A stretch of DNA of 64,000 bases. Origin: Pseudomonadota bacterium. GTDB taxonomy: Bacteria; Pseudomonadota; Gammaproteobacteria; Burkholderiales; SG8-39. The notes under the pieces are model-generated. The model was not told the origin of the DNA. It did not search any database and saw nothing but the letters and a program-made list of their open reading frames with translations. Location of the stretch: assembly GCA_040752005.1 (NCBI GenBank), contig JBFMFX010000002.1, forward strand, positions 64,824 through 128,823, in the 5' to 3' direction. The position numbers and the translations under genes were made by a program. This document shows, in pieces, positions 30,355 through 40,110 of this stretch (position 1 is its first letter; the number at the start of each line of letters is the position of its first letter).

Positions 30355-32094
30355 ATGCCCGCGCGCGCGCCGATCCGCGTCCTGCCTGAGCTGCTCGTCA
30401 GCCAGATCGCCGCCGGCGAGGTGGTCGAGCGCCCGGCCTCGGTGCTCAAGGAACTGCTGGAGAACGCGCTCGACGCCGGGGCGCAGAACATCGCGGTCGC
30501 GCTCGAGGAAGGCGGCGCGCGGCGCGTGCAGGTCGAGGACGACGGCGCCGGGATCGCCGCCGCCGAGCTGCCGCTCGCCCTCGCGCGCCACGCCACCAGC
30601 AAGATCGCGACGCTCGCGGAACTGGAAGCGGTCGGCACCCTCGGCTTTCGCGGCGAGGCGCTCGCCTCGATCGCCGCGGTGTCGCGCCTGGAGATCATCA
30701 GCCGCACGGCGGACGCGCCCCACGCCGCGCGCATCCGCGCCGAAGGCGGCACCCCCGGCGCGGTCGAGCCCGCGGCGCGCGCGCCGGGCACGACCGTCGC
30801 AGTCGCCGACCTCTACTTCAACACGCCGGCGCGGCGCAAGTTCCTGCGCAGCGAAGCGACCGAGTTCGCCCACGCGGAGGAGGCTTTCCGCCGCATCGCG
30901 CTCGCGCATCCGCAGATCGCCTTCACGCTGCGGCACAACGGGCGCGTGCTGCGCAGCCTGCCGCGCCAGAACCTGCAGGCGCGCGCGCAGGCCCTGCTCG
31001 GACCCGAGTTCACGGCCGAGAGCACGCCGGTCGAGGCCGCGGCCGGCGGGCTGCGGCTGCACGGCCTCGCCGGCCTGCCGCCGTCGGCGCGCGCGCGCGC
31101 CGACGCGCAGTACTTCTTCGTCAACGGCCGCTTCGTGCGCGACCGGCTGCTTGCGCACGCCGCGCGCGCGGCCTGGGCGGAGCTGCTGCACGGCGAGCGC
31201 CAGCCCGCCTACCTGCTGTTTCTCGAGCTCGATCCGCGCCTGGTGGACGTGAACGTTCATCCGGCGAAGACCGAGGTGCGGTTTCGCGACGCACGCGCGG
31301 TGCACCAGTTCGTGCTGCACGCCCTGCGGCGCGCGCTCGGGGCGAGCGCCGGCGAGACGCCGGCCGCGTCCGCCGCGCTCGCGCCACGGCCGGCTCCGCG
31401 CGCCGCGGCCGCCGCGCAGGCGCAGCTCGCGCTCGCGCAACCGGTGGCGGCGTATCAGGCGTTCCTGGCGCCGGCGAGCGAACGCGCGCCGCTCACCGAA
31501 GCGCGATCGGCCGCCCCGCTCGGCTACGCGCTCGCGCAACTGCACGGCGTGTACATCCTTGCGCAGAACGAGGCCGGGCTCGTGCTCGTGGACATGCACG
31601 CCGCGCACGAGCGCATCGTATTCGAGGACCTGCGCGCGAGCCTGGAGGCCGGCCGCATCGAGCGCCAGCGGCTGCTCGTGCCGGCGCTGTTCCGCGCCAC
31701 GGCGCTGGAGATCGCGACCGCGGAGGAACAGCGCGAGGCGCTGGAGCAGCTCGGCTTCGAGATCGCCGCCGCCGGCCCGGAGGAGCTGGCGGTGCGCGCG
31801 GCGCCCGCTCCGCTCGCGGGAGCCGACGTCGCCGCGCTCGCGCGCACCGTGCTCGCCCAGATCGCCGAATTCGGCGCCGCGACGGCGGCTGCGGCGCGCC
31901 GCGACGAGCTGCTCGCCGGCATGGCCTGCCACGCCGCGGTGCGCGCCCACCGCGCCCTCACGATCGCCGAGATGAACGCGCTGCTGCGGCGCATGGAAGA
32001 AACCGAGCGCTCCGGAAGCTGCAACCACGGCCGCCCGACGTGGTATCAGCTCACGCTCGCCGACCTCGATCGCCTGTTCCTGCGCGGACGTTGA
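30355..32094 (+). CDS. mutL: DNA mismatch repair endonuclease MutL
   Basis: GHKL ATPase N-terminus ([36 protein letters not shown]) and C-terminus CNHGRPT. ATG at 30355. Confidence 0.95.
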   Translation: MPARAPIRVLPELLVSQIAAGEVVERPASVLKELLENALDAGAQNIAVALEEGGARRVQVEDDGAGIAAAELPLALARHATSKIATLAELEAVGTLGFRGEALASIAAVSRLEIISRTADAPHAARIRAEGGTPGAVEPAARAPGTTVAVADLYFNTPARRKFLRSEATEFAHAEEAFRRIALAHPQIAFTLRHNGRVLRSLPRQNLQARAQALLGPEFTAESTPVEAAAGGLRLHGLAGLPPSARARADAQYFFVNGRFVRDRLLAHAARAAWAELLHGERQPAYLLFLELDPRLVDVNVHPAKTEVRFRDARAVHQFVLHALRRALGASAGETPAASAALAPRPAPRAAAAAQAQLALAQPVAAYQAFLAPASERAPLTEARSAAPLGYALAQLHGVYILAQNEAGLVLVDMHAAHERIVFEDLRASLEAGRIERQRLLVPALFRATALEIATAEEQREALEQLGFEIAAAGPEELAVRAAPAPLAGADVAALARTVLAQIAEFGAATAAAARRDELLAGMACHAAVRAHRALTIAEMNALLRRMEETERSGSCNHGRPTWYQLTLADLDRLFLRGR

Positions 32095-32993
32095 GCAAGC
32101 TGCCGGTCGCCTTTGCCCTGCTCGGCCCCACGGCGAGCGGAAAATCCGGGTTCGCGCTCGCGCTCGCCGCCGAGTTTCCGGTCGAGATCGTCAGCGTGGA
32201 CTCGGCGCAGGTGTACCGCGGCATGGATGTGGGCACCGGCAAGCCCTCGGCGGCCGAGCGCTCGCGGGTACCGCATCATCTGATTGACGTCGCCGAGCCG
32301 ACCGAGCGCTATTCGGCCGGGCGTTTCCGCGCCGATGCGATCGCGGCGGTCGAGGAGATCGTCGCGCGCGGCCGCATCCCCCTGCTCGTCGGCGGCACGA
32401 TGCTCTATTACCGCGCGCTCGCGGTCGGGCTGGACGAGCTGCCCGCCGCCGACCCGGCGATCCGGGCCGGGATCGAGGCCGAGGCGCGCCGCCGCGGCTG
32501 GCCGGCGCTGCACGCCGAGCTCGCCCGTGCCGACCCGCAGGCGGCGGCACGCATCGCGCCGCGCGACGCGCAGCGCATCCAGCGCGCGCTGGAAGTGATC
32601 CGCGCCACCGGCGCGCCCCTCTCCGGCCTGCAGCGGGGCGCGGCGCCCCGGCTGCCGTTCGAGCTGCGCGGCTTCGCCCTGATTCCGGCCGACCGCGCCG
32701 AGCTGCACCGCAGGATCGCCGCGCGCTTCGACGCGATGCTCGCCGCCGGATTGGTCGAGGAGTTGCGCGAGCTGCGGCGCCGCTACGCGCTCGATCCTTC
32801 GCTGCCGAGCATGCGCGCGGTCGGCTACCGCCAGGCGTGGCGCTACCTCGAAGGGGAAATCAGCGCCGAGGAGCTGCGCGAGCAGGCGATCGCGGCGACG
32901 CGCCAGCTCGCCAAGCGCCAGCTCACCTGGCTGCGCGCGATGAAGGATCTCGCGCCGGCCGACGAGCTGCGGCGCGCGCTCAGTCGAGCGTGA
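32091..32993 (+). CDS. miaA: tRNA dimethylallyltransferase
   Basis: P-loop [10 protein letters not shown] and [17 protein letters not shown]. The TTG start at 32091 overlaps the mutL TGA (GTTGAGC). Confidence 0.92.
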   Translation: MSKLPVAFALLGPTASGKSGFALALAAEFPVEIVSVDSAQVYRGMDVGTGKPSAAERSRVPHHLIDVAEPTERYSAGRFRADAIAAVEEIVARGRIPLLVGGTMLYYRALAVGLDELPAADPAIRAGIEAEARRRGWPALHAELARADPQAAARIAPRDAQRIQRALEVIRATGAPLSGLQRGAAPRLPFELRGFALIPADRAELHRRIAARFDAMLAAGLVEELRELRRRYALDPSLPSMRAVGYRQAWRYLEGEISAEELREQAIAATRQLAKRQLTWLRAMKDLAPADELRRALSRA

Positions 32994-33930
32994 GACCGAC
33001 GGCGCGCGCCGCGCGCCCGTACGCCTCGAGCTGCTCGATCACGAAGGCGCGCAGCGCCTCGGGGCTGGAAGCGCGCGGCTCGAAGGCGATCCTGCCGAAC
33101 GCCTCCTTGACGTCGGCGCGCGCGAGCACCACCGCGAGTTCGCGCCCGACGCGCTCGACGACCTCGCGCGGCAGCTTCGCCGGCCCGAACAATCCTCCCC
33201 AGGGCACGATCGGCACCGGGGCGAGCCCCGCTTCCGGTAGCGTCGGCGCATCCGGCAGCAGCGGACTGCGGCTCGGGAGCATCGTCGCGAGCACGCGGAT
33301 CTTGCCCTCCTTCACCTGAGGGGCGAGCGTGCCGGGCGTGGCGAAGGCGAAGTGCACGCGGCCGGCGAGCAGATCCACCGACAGCGGCGCGTCGCCCTTG
33401 TAGGGCACATGCACCATGTCGAGCTTGTTCGCTGCGGCGAAGAGCGCGGTGGCGAGGATGCTGGTCGCGTTCCCGGTGCCGTAATTGATGCGTCCCGGGT
33501 TGGCACGCGCATAGCCGACGAGGTCCTGGATCGTGCGCACCGGCAGGTCGGCGTGCGAGAACACGAAAAAGCCGAAGATGCCGACGAGCGAAATCGGCGT
33601 GAAGTCGTTGACCGGGTCGTACGGCGGCACCTTCTTCGCCGCCGGCGCGAAGGACATGCCGGTCGCCGTGCCGTAGTACAGCGTGTAGCCGTCGGGCGGG
33701 GCGCGGCGCACCGCCTCGGAGGCGATGATGCCCTCGGCGCCGGGCCGCGTCTCGATGATGATCGGCTGGCCGAGCCGCTCGCCGAGCGGTTGGGCGAAGA
33801 TGCGCGCGCCGAGCTCGGCCGCCCCGCCTGGCGGGAACGGGACGATGAGCCGCACGGGTTTGTTCGGATACTGCGCCTGCGCCGCCGTGCAGGCGACCAG
33901 CGCCGCGATCGCCGCGAAGAGCCGTTTCAT
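32980..33930 (-). CDS. Bug-family (TctC-like) tripartite tricarboxylate transporter substrate-binding protein
   Basis: Signal peptide followed by [16 protein letters not shown]...PGAEG...PDGYTL, the typical Bug family pattern. No adjacent tctAB. Confidence 0.88.
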   Translation of the reverse strand: MKRLFAAIAALVACTAAQAQYPNKPVRLIVPFPPGGAAELGARIFAQPLGERLGQPIIIETRPGAEGIIASEAVRRAPPDGYTLYYGTATGMSFAPAAKKVPPYDPVNDFTPISLVGIFGFFVFSHADLPVRTIQDLVGYARANPGRINYGTGNATSILATALFAAANKLDMVHVPYKGDAPLSVDLLAGRVHFAFATPGTLAPQVKEGKIRVLATMLPSRSPLLPDAPTLPEAGLAPVPIVPWGGLFGPAKLPREVVERVGRELAVVLARADVKEAFGRIAFEPRASSPEALRAFVIEQLEAYGRAARAVGLTLD

Positions 33931-33934
33931 GGCG

Positions 33935-34894
33935 CTACTCCGGTTGCACGCCGGCAGCGCGCAGGATCGAGCGATACGCTCCCATCTGCGCCCTGGTGAA
34001 CGAGGCGAGCTCTTCCGGCGTGGAAGGGGTCATGTGGAACGCTTGCTTGTCCATCGCGGCGACGACGTCGGGCCGCTTCATCGCATCGTGGAACTCCTTG
34101 TTCAGGCGCGCGACGATCTCCCTGGGCAGCTTCGCCGGCCCGAACAGCCCCGCCCACGACACGACCGAGTACTGCGGCAGGCCCACCTCGGCCATCGTCG
34201 GCACGTCCGGAAGGAGGCTGGACCGCGTCTTCAGATTGGTCGCCAGCGCACGCAGCTTGCCGTCCTTGAGGTGCGGCAGCCCGGTGGTCGGCGTCGCCCA
34301 CATCACCTGCACGCGCCCGGCGACGAGGTCGGTGATGCCCTGCGGCTCGCCCTTGTAAGGCACGTGCGTCATCTCGATGCCGGCGAGCGAGTTCATCTGC
34401 GCGAACGAGACGATACCGGTGGTGTTGCCGGTCGCGTAGTTGAGCTTGCCGGGGTTCGCCTTGGCGTACGCGACCAGCTCCTTGAACGTCCCGATCGGCA
34501 CGCCGGCGTTGACGTAGAGGAAGAACGTGTAGCGGCCGATGTCGGTGATTGGAGTGAAGTCGGCCACCGGATCGTAGGGTGGATTCTTCTTCATCGCCGG
34601 CACCGCCGCCATTGGACTGTTGGTCGCCATGAGCAGCGTGTAGCCGTCGGGCGCGGCCTTCGCGACCTCGGCTGCGGCGATCGCGCCGTCGGCGCCCGCC
34701 TTGTTGTCCACGACGACCGGCTGGCCGACGGCGGCCGATACCGAGGCGCCGAGGATGCGCGTGATGGTGTCGGTCGCCGAACCCGCGGGAAACGGCACGA
34801 CGATCCGTATCGGTTTCGCCGGATACTGCGCCGCCGCACGAATCGCGACCACCGCGAGAGCGATCGCCACCGCGAGAACGAACCCCTTTCGCAT
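33935..34894 (-). CDS. Bug-family (TctC-like) substrate-binding protein, second copy
   Basis: YPAKPIRIVVPFPAGSATD...PDGYTLL. It has its own TATAAT-like element and an AAAAAGGGGGGAG Shine-Dalgarno in the 69-nt upstream gap. Confidence 0.88.
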   Translation of the reverse strand: MRKGFVLAVAIALAVVAIRAAAQYPAKPIRIVVPFPAGSATDTITRILGASVSAAVGQPVVVDNKAGADGAIAAAEVAKAAPDGYTLLMATNSPMAAVPAMKKNPPYDPVADFTPITDIGRYTFFLYVNAGVPIGTFKELVAYAKANPGKLNYATGNTTGIVSFAQMNSLAGIEMTHVPYKGEPQGITDLVAGRVQVMWATPTTGLPHLKDGKLRALATNLKTRSSLLPDVPTMAEVGLPQYSVVSWAGLFGPAKLPREIVARLNKEFHDAMKRPDVVAAMDKQAFHMTPSTPEELASFTRAQMGAYRSILRAAGVQPE

Positions 34895-34963
34895 ACTCCC
34901 CCCCTTTTTGGAGATGGTCGCGGCGATTATAGAACGCGCCCCGCCGCCGCGGCGCCCCCGCGC

Positions 34964-36205
34964 CTACGCAAGGAGCGGGCAGCCGGCGGGGCTCGCCGTT
35001 TTTTTCTTTGCGAGGATTCGGGCCGAATACTTCTCCAGATAGTGCGCGATCGTCTCGACGCGGATCTTCACCGACCCGGCGGGCTTGGTGGAATCGAGGT
35101 CCTGGAAGGAGAAAAAGAGCGTGCCCGACGATTCGACGATTTTCTGCACCGGCGAGTAGGTCGGCTGGTCCATGCCGCATTCGTAGCTGGACAGCCGCAC
35201 CACGCAGGCGATCCACGGCATGCGCGCGGCGAACTTCGCTCCCCACAGGATCTCATTGGTGTTCGCGCTGTAAGACGAAGGCCACACGTCGGAGATGTCG
35301 AACGGCGACTTGATCCAGCCCGCCTCGAGGTCCGGGCCGAACATCCAGGCAAGCAGATCGTCGTCGGTCGGCAGGTACTGCGCCCAGAGCACCGGGTAGC
35401 CGCAGGCCTGCAGATCCCCTTCGATCTCGTGCCCGATGCCCGGGTCCATGTGGTAAGGACGCGCGAGCACCAGCAGGCAAGGCCGCTCCTCGCGCGCGCA
35501 CCACTGGAGAATCTCGCGCGCCTTGCGGCGCAGGCTCGCGCCGTAGGCGGCCAGCGCCCGGTAGCCCTCCTCGACCGCTCGTTGGGTCTCCTCGGCCGTC
35601 AGTCCCGGAATGGCCTCGCGCAGGCCCTCGTAAAGCTGCCGGGCGGCGAGCGGCGGGTCGTCGAGCGAAACGAGCGGCGCGCAGTAGCGCACGCCCAGTT
35701 CCGCGAAGGTGTCGCGCTCCTTCAGAAACCCCGCCTTGATGTTCTCCGGCGCCGCCATCACGCGCGGGCAGGCGATCGAGGCGACGACATGGCCGGCAAG
35801 GCACGAGGGCAGCGTCGCGATCATCGGCGAGAGCAGGATGTCGATTTTCCGCTTGCGGTTGGCGAGCAGCTCGCCGTAATGGCCGGAGATGCATTTCACC
35901 GGGTAGCAGCAGTCCACGGTGCCGCGGCCCCTGGCGAAGCGGCGCGCCTGCTCCTCCGAGGTGTCGGAGGAGAATTCGATGCGCCGCGCCTCGATGCCGA
36001 GCGCTTCCAGGAAAGCGATCCAGAACTGGTGCGTGGACCAGAGGTTGAGCACGCGCGGGATGCCGACGCGCAGCTGCGCGCGCGCCTTCGTGCCCGGGCC
36101 GCTCGCGCGCGCGGGCGCCTCGCCCGAGCCGTCGCGGTCAAACCGCAGCCCGGGAACGCCGAAAGGCGCCTTCGCGAACCAGCTCAGCAACGTTGGGACA
36201 GGCAC
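34964..36205 (-). CDS. Acyl-CoA dehydratase activase-related protein (DUF2229-like)
   Basis: VGIPRVLNLWSTHQFW..., CYPVK..., ARPYHMDPG..., SSYECGMD: the pattern I recognise from the C-terminal region of large CoA-substrate-specific enzyme activase proteins. Overlaps the upstream gene by 68 nt if the ATG at 36205 is used. Confidence 0.75.
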   Translation of the reverse strand: MPVPTLLSWFAKAPFGVPGLRFDRDGSGEAPARASGPGTKARAQLRVGIPRVLNLWSTHQFWIAFLEALGIEARRIEFSSDTSEEQARRFARGRGTVDCCYPVKCISGHYGELLANRKRKIDILLSPMIATLPSCLAGHVVASIACPRVMAAPENIKAGFLKERDTFAELGVRYCAPLVSLDDPPLAARQLYEGLREAIPGLTAEETQRAVEEGYRALAAYGASLRRKAREILQWCAREERPCLLVLARPYHMDPGIGHEIEGDLQACGYPVLWAQYLPTDDDLLAWMFGPDLEAGWIKSPFDISDVWPSSYSANTNEILWGAKFAARMPWIACVVRLSSYECGMDQPTYSPVQKIVESSGTLFFSFQDLDSTKPAGSVKIRVETIAHYLEKYSARILAKKKTASPAGCPLLA

Positions 36206-38303
36206 GTTTCGCTTCCTCCAGCTTCTGCTTCACCGCCTTCATCTCGTTCACGTCTTCGAGCAGACCCTTGGGGCAGGAGTTGCCGCTGATCACCCGTTCC
36301 CAGCCCTCGGCGAGCGGCACCTTGCTCCAGGGGCGTCCCCTGCCTCCGGGCATGCGCACGTCGATGAACGTGCGCTTGCAGTTGACCGCGCACCATTGGC
36401 AGGTCGTGTGCTCGTTCGTCGTGCTGGTGTATTCGAGCGACTCGATCAGCTCGTAGCCGCGGAAGCGGCTGCGCTCGCCCTTCTGCGCCCACTCGAGCGC
36501 GCACAGCGCCGCGCCGATCGCGCCGGCTTCGCCCGAATACGGGTGGACCACGATCTCGGCATCCGGAACCTTCGAGCGGATGAAGTCCACCTGCGCCTTG
36601 ACCACCGCGAGATTGCGGTGCGTGCCGCCCTGCAGCACGAACTTGCGGCCGGCGGCGGCGAGGTTCTGCAGCTGCCCGGCGTACACCCAGACGTTGAGCG
36701 GCAGCACCGCCGCGAGCGAGGCCATGATCTCCTCGCGCGACCAGCCTTTTCTCTGCTGGTTGACGATGTCGGACTGCAGGAACACGCCGCAGCCCATGGC
36801 GAGCGCCGGGATCGCGCGCGCCCGGAACGCAAGCTCGGCGTACTGCTCGAGCGGCACGCCGTAGCGCTCGGCCACCCCCTGCAGGAACGCGCCGTTGCCG
36901 GAGGAGCACTGCGAGTTCAGGCGGAAGTCCGCCACCGTGCCCTGGCGCAGGATCATGATCTTGACGTCGCAGCCGCCGACGTCGCAGATCACCTCGGCGT
37001 CCGGAAAGTAGTGCAGCGCGGCGGTGGCGTGCGCCACCGTCTCGACGATCGCGACGTCCGCACCGACGATGTCCTTGAGCAGGTCCTTGCCGTAGCCGGT
37101 GATGCCGAGCGCGCCGATCCTCTCGAAGCCGGCGCCGCGGATCTCGCGCAGAATGGCCTTCGCGTCCTCGATCGGATTGCCGTTCGAGGGCACATAGCAG
37201 CTCGCCAGCAGCTCGCGCTCGGGCGAGAGCACCACCGCCTTCGCCGTGGTGCTGCCGAAATCGCAGCCGACGAGCGCCGGTTGATCGCGCGCCCCGGTGC
37301 GCGGGTTCGCCGCCGCGACGCGCGGCCCACCGTAGCAGCGGATGAAGTGCTCGAGCTCCTTCGGGTCCTTCACCAGGCCCTGCGCGCCCTCGCGTGCCTT
37401 GTGCTCGTGCTGCCCTTCCTCTATCCACCAGCGCAGCTTCGCGGTGCCGGCGTACACGCCGACGCCCGCGGGCTCGCCGCGGCCGATCTCGACGCACCCG
37501 AGGCAGGCATAGTAGAGCGCGTCCTCCGGTACCTCGATGAGCGCGTCCGGGTCGGCGCCGGGCGGCAGCGCAACGTTGCGCTCGACCCACAGCTTGCGCA
37601 GGTGGTGGCGCCACGCTTGCTGCAGGCCGCGATAAAACAGGTTCGGCCCGCCCAGCAGCAGCACGTGCGGCCGCGGCGTGTTGCCCTTGGTGAGCGTGGC
37701 CAGATTCTGACAGACGACCGCCTCGTACAGGCTGGCGATGATCTCCTCGACCGGCACGCCCGATTTCACCAGCGTGTTGGCGTCGGCCTCGGCGAAGATG
37801 CCGCACTTGGAGCTCACCTTGTGCAGAGTCAGGCCCGAGTACGGCATGCGCGCGAGCCGCTCGGGGGGGATCTGCAGCTTGCGCGCGGTCTTCTCGATGA
37901 ACGTGCCGGTGCCCCCGCTGCAGGCCGACTGCATGAACACCTGCTTCGCCTTCCCGGCACCGCCCGCGGTGAAGAACAGCGTCTTCATGTCCTCGCCGCC
38001 GATCTCCGAGACGAAGCTCACTTCCGGGTGGAGCTTTTCGACCGCGGCGGACACCGCGACCACCTCCTGCACGAACTTGCCGCCGACGAGCGGCGCGAGC
38101 AGCCCGGCGCCCGAGCCGGTGAGGAGGATGCGGTCGCGACCGGCCCGCAGCCCGCACTCGGCTTCGAGACGGGCGAGGAAATCGAGCACCACCTCCGCCT
38201 GCCGCGTGTCGTGGCGCCGGTAGTCGCGCCACAGGACGGTGTCCCCGTCGGCGAAAAGCGCTTTGACGGTGGTCGAGCCGACGTCGAGCCCGACGATCCT
38301 CAT
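36138..38303 (-). CDS. Double BcrAD/BadFG/HgdC-type ATPase (acyl-CoA dehydratase activase-like)
   Basis: Two ASKHA ATPase repeats (MRIVGLDVGSTTVKA... and LVGCDFGSTTAKAV...). Each repeat has the cluster-ligand Cys pair (QSACSGGTGTFIE/SSKCGIFAEAD and NSQCSSGNGAFLQ/AMGCGVFLQSD). A C-terminal Cys motif CQWCAVNC...CPKG is also present. Confidence 0.85.
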   Translation of the reverse strand: MRIVGLDVGSTTVKALFADGDTVLWRDYRRHDTRQAEVVLDFLARLEAECGLRAGRDRILLTGSGAGLLAPLVGGKFVQEVVAVSAAVEKLHPEVSFVSEIGGEDMKTLFFTAGGAGKAKQVFMQSACSGGTGTFIEKTARKLQIPPERLARMPYSGLTLHKVSSKCGIFAEADANTLVKSGVPVEEIIASLYEAVVCQNLATLTKGNTPRPHVLLLGGPNLFYRGLQQAWRHHLRKLWVERNVALPPGADPDALIEVPEDALYYACLGCVEIGRGEPAGVGVYAGTAKLRWWIEEGQHEHKAREGAQGLVKDPKELEHFIRCYGGPRVAAANPRTGARDQPALVGCDFGSTTAKAVVLSPERELLASCYVPSNGNPIEDAKAILREIRGAGFERIGALGITGYGKDLLKDIVGADVAIVETVAHATAALHYFPDAEVICDVGGCDVKIMILRQGTVADFRLNSQCSSGNGAFLQGVAERYGVPLEQYAELAFRARAIPALAMGCGVFLQSDIVNQQRKGWSREEIMASLAAVLPLNVWVYAGQLQNLAAAGRKFVLQGGTHRNLAVVKAQVDFIRSKVPDAEIVVHPYSGEAGAIGAALCALEWAQKGERSRFRGYELIESLEYTSTTNEHTTCQWCAVNCKRTFIDVRMPGGRGRPWSKVPLAEGWERVISGNSCPKGLLEDVNEMKAVKQKLEEAKRACPNVAELVREGAFRRSRAAV

Positions 38304-39934
38304 CGGCGCCGCCCCGCCGCGACGTGCAGCGCGAGGTTCGCCGCGGTGCCCGCCACTCCGTAGTGCGGCAGCCGCCAGGTCGCGCGCCGCAGCTCCGGCC
38401 GCTCGGCGATCGCGGCCCGCAGATCTTCGGGCGTGAGGCCGGTCCGTTCGAGCACCTCCTCGAACTCGCGCTGCGCGCGCCGCTTCGCCTCCGTGAGAAT
38501 CATCTGGCAGCGCGAGAGCGCGTGCACCTCGGCGTCGCCCTTGATCTCGAGCGGCGCGTACAGCAGGTCCGGGTACTTGCCAAGCACCGCGGCCATCGCG
38601 CCGATGCTCATCGTGTTCGGCATGCACGAGTAGGGCGAGAGCTCGCAGGTCATGTGCGCCTTCCTGCCGTGGTAGGCCCAGAGCGCCTTGCCGATCAGCA
38701 TGTCGCCCTCGCCGCCGTTCAGGCGGCTGTGATAGAAGGGCGCAGCCAGGCGCCGCAGCGCGTCCTGCTCGGGCAGCTCGCGCGGAACCTCGCCCAAAGC
38801 CCGGCGCATGCGGTCGTAGGTCCAGCGCAGCAGCCGCTGGCCGAGGCGTACCGCGGCGAGCTTCGCACGCGCCTGGCGGTCAATGCCGATGTGGTCCTCG
38901 AAGTCCTGCCCGGCGAAGCGCAGCAGGTAGTCGAGCCAGATCGTGATCGCCGCCGGGTACACTTCCGCCCCCTCGGCCTCCAGCCAGCGGTGGATGTTGT
39001 AGTTGGGTTCGCCTTCCACCGTCTGCAGATAGAACTCGCCGGTGATCTTCACGACCGGCTTGACACGCGTGCGATCCACTTCGACCCGATCGTAGAGCGC
39101 CCTCACTTCGCGCATCGCGCGCACGAAGTAGCCGGTGGCGAGATGCCAGAGCGCCGCACTCCACTTGCCGCGGCGCACCGGCCGGCGGCGGAACGCTTCG
39201 TACAGCAGTTCCACCGCCGCGCGCGTGGCGCGCTCCGTTTCCCCCGCCTTCACTTCGAAGGGCCGCGTGCGGTATTCCATGTCCTGCACGACGTCGGTGA
39301 GCACGATCGCCCAAATCGCGCCGAGGATGAACGGCAGGTTGAGCTCGAGCCCACCGCCTTCGCGCGCGCCCTGGTCGAGGTTCGCCTGATCGAGCAGGAA
39401 CATGCGGAACGATTCCAGTCCGGTGTTCTTCAGCGCCAGCTCGTAGCTCTGGTGATACTGGCCGAAGCGGCAAGCACCGCAGGCGCCGGCGGTGACGTAG
39501 ATGAAATTCTTCGCCACCTCCTCGGGACTCGAGCGCTTCGCCTCGGCGCGCAGGAAATTGGCGAGATTGCCGGTGGTGAAGCTCGTCGGGCAGCACTGCC
39601 CGATGTCGGCCACCTCGCGCCCGGTGAGGAGGTCCTCGCGCGTGGCGACCGGCAGCACCCGCACGCGGTAGCCGAGGTTCTCCATCGCGCCCTGGATCAC
39701 GCGCTCGGCGCGCCAGTGCAGGCCGCCGAAGAGCACCGTGACCTTGTCGCGCTCCTCGCGCGTGAAGGGTCGCGGCCGGTACGCGCGGTAGTGCCCGCCC
39801 GCCTGCGAGGTGCGGTCCGGCGGCGGCACCGTTCGCACCTGCGCAGTCGGCGGAGCGCCGGCCGCGACGACGCGCACGTTCCGCAGCGAGCGGAAGGACA
39901 CGGACGGACGCGATTCGGACGTCGTCGGTTCCAT
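38300..39934 (-). CDS. 2-hydroxyacyl-CoA dehydratase-like / activase-related protein
   Basis: 544 aa from ATG 39934, with GQCCPTSF, TAGACGACRFGQY, ITGEFY and SPYSCMPN motifs. The stop overlaps the next start (ATGA). Confidence 0.7.
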   Translation of the reverse strand: MEPTTSESRPSVSFRSLRNVRVVAAGAPPTAQVRTVPPPDRTSQAGGHYRAYRPRPFTREERDKVTVLFGGLHWRAERVIQGAMENLGYRVRVLPVATREDLLTGREVADIGQCCPTSFTTGNLANFLRAEAKRSSPEEVAKNFIYVTAGACGACRFGQYHQSYELALKNTGLESFRMFLLDQANLDQGAREGGGLELNLPFILGAIWAIVLTDVVQDMEYRTRPFEVKAGETERATRAAVELLYEAFRRRPVRRGKWSAALWHLATGYFVRAMREVRALYDRVEVDRTRVKPVVKITGEFYLQTVEGEPNYNIHRWLEAEGAEVYPAAITIWLDYLLRFAGQDFEDHIGIDRQARAKLAAVRLGQRLLRWTYDRMRRALGEVPRELPEQDALRRLAAPFYHSRLNGGEGDMLIGKALWAYHGRKAHMTCELSPYSCMPNTMSIGAMAAVLGKYPDLLYAPLEIKGDAEVHALSRCQMILTEAKRRAQREFEEVLERTGLTPEDLRAAIAERPELRRATWRLPHYGVAGTAANLALHVAAGRRR

Positions 39935-40110
39935 GGCTTCTCCTTCTTGTCCGGACCCGGAGCAAGACCTCCCCGAGGCGACGGAATTCTTACTCCGGAG
40001 AAAGCTGCAGACAATGCCGGCCCGAAAGGCGCGGTTTTGACCCCATTGCACGCATGGGCATACGCGCGTACACGCAAGCAGTTACGCGCGCGGCGTTCTC
40101 GGCCAGCGCC

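Noticed and set aside
39935-40010. A sigma-54 promoter (GG-N10-GC) upstream of the activase operon, at the CGGCATTGTCTGCAG sequence.
   Set aside because: The spacing between the GG and GC dinucleotides is 8 nt rather than 10, and the flanking bases do not fit TGGCAC/TTGCA.
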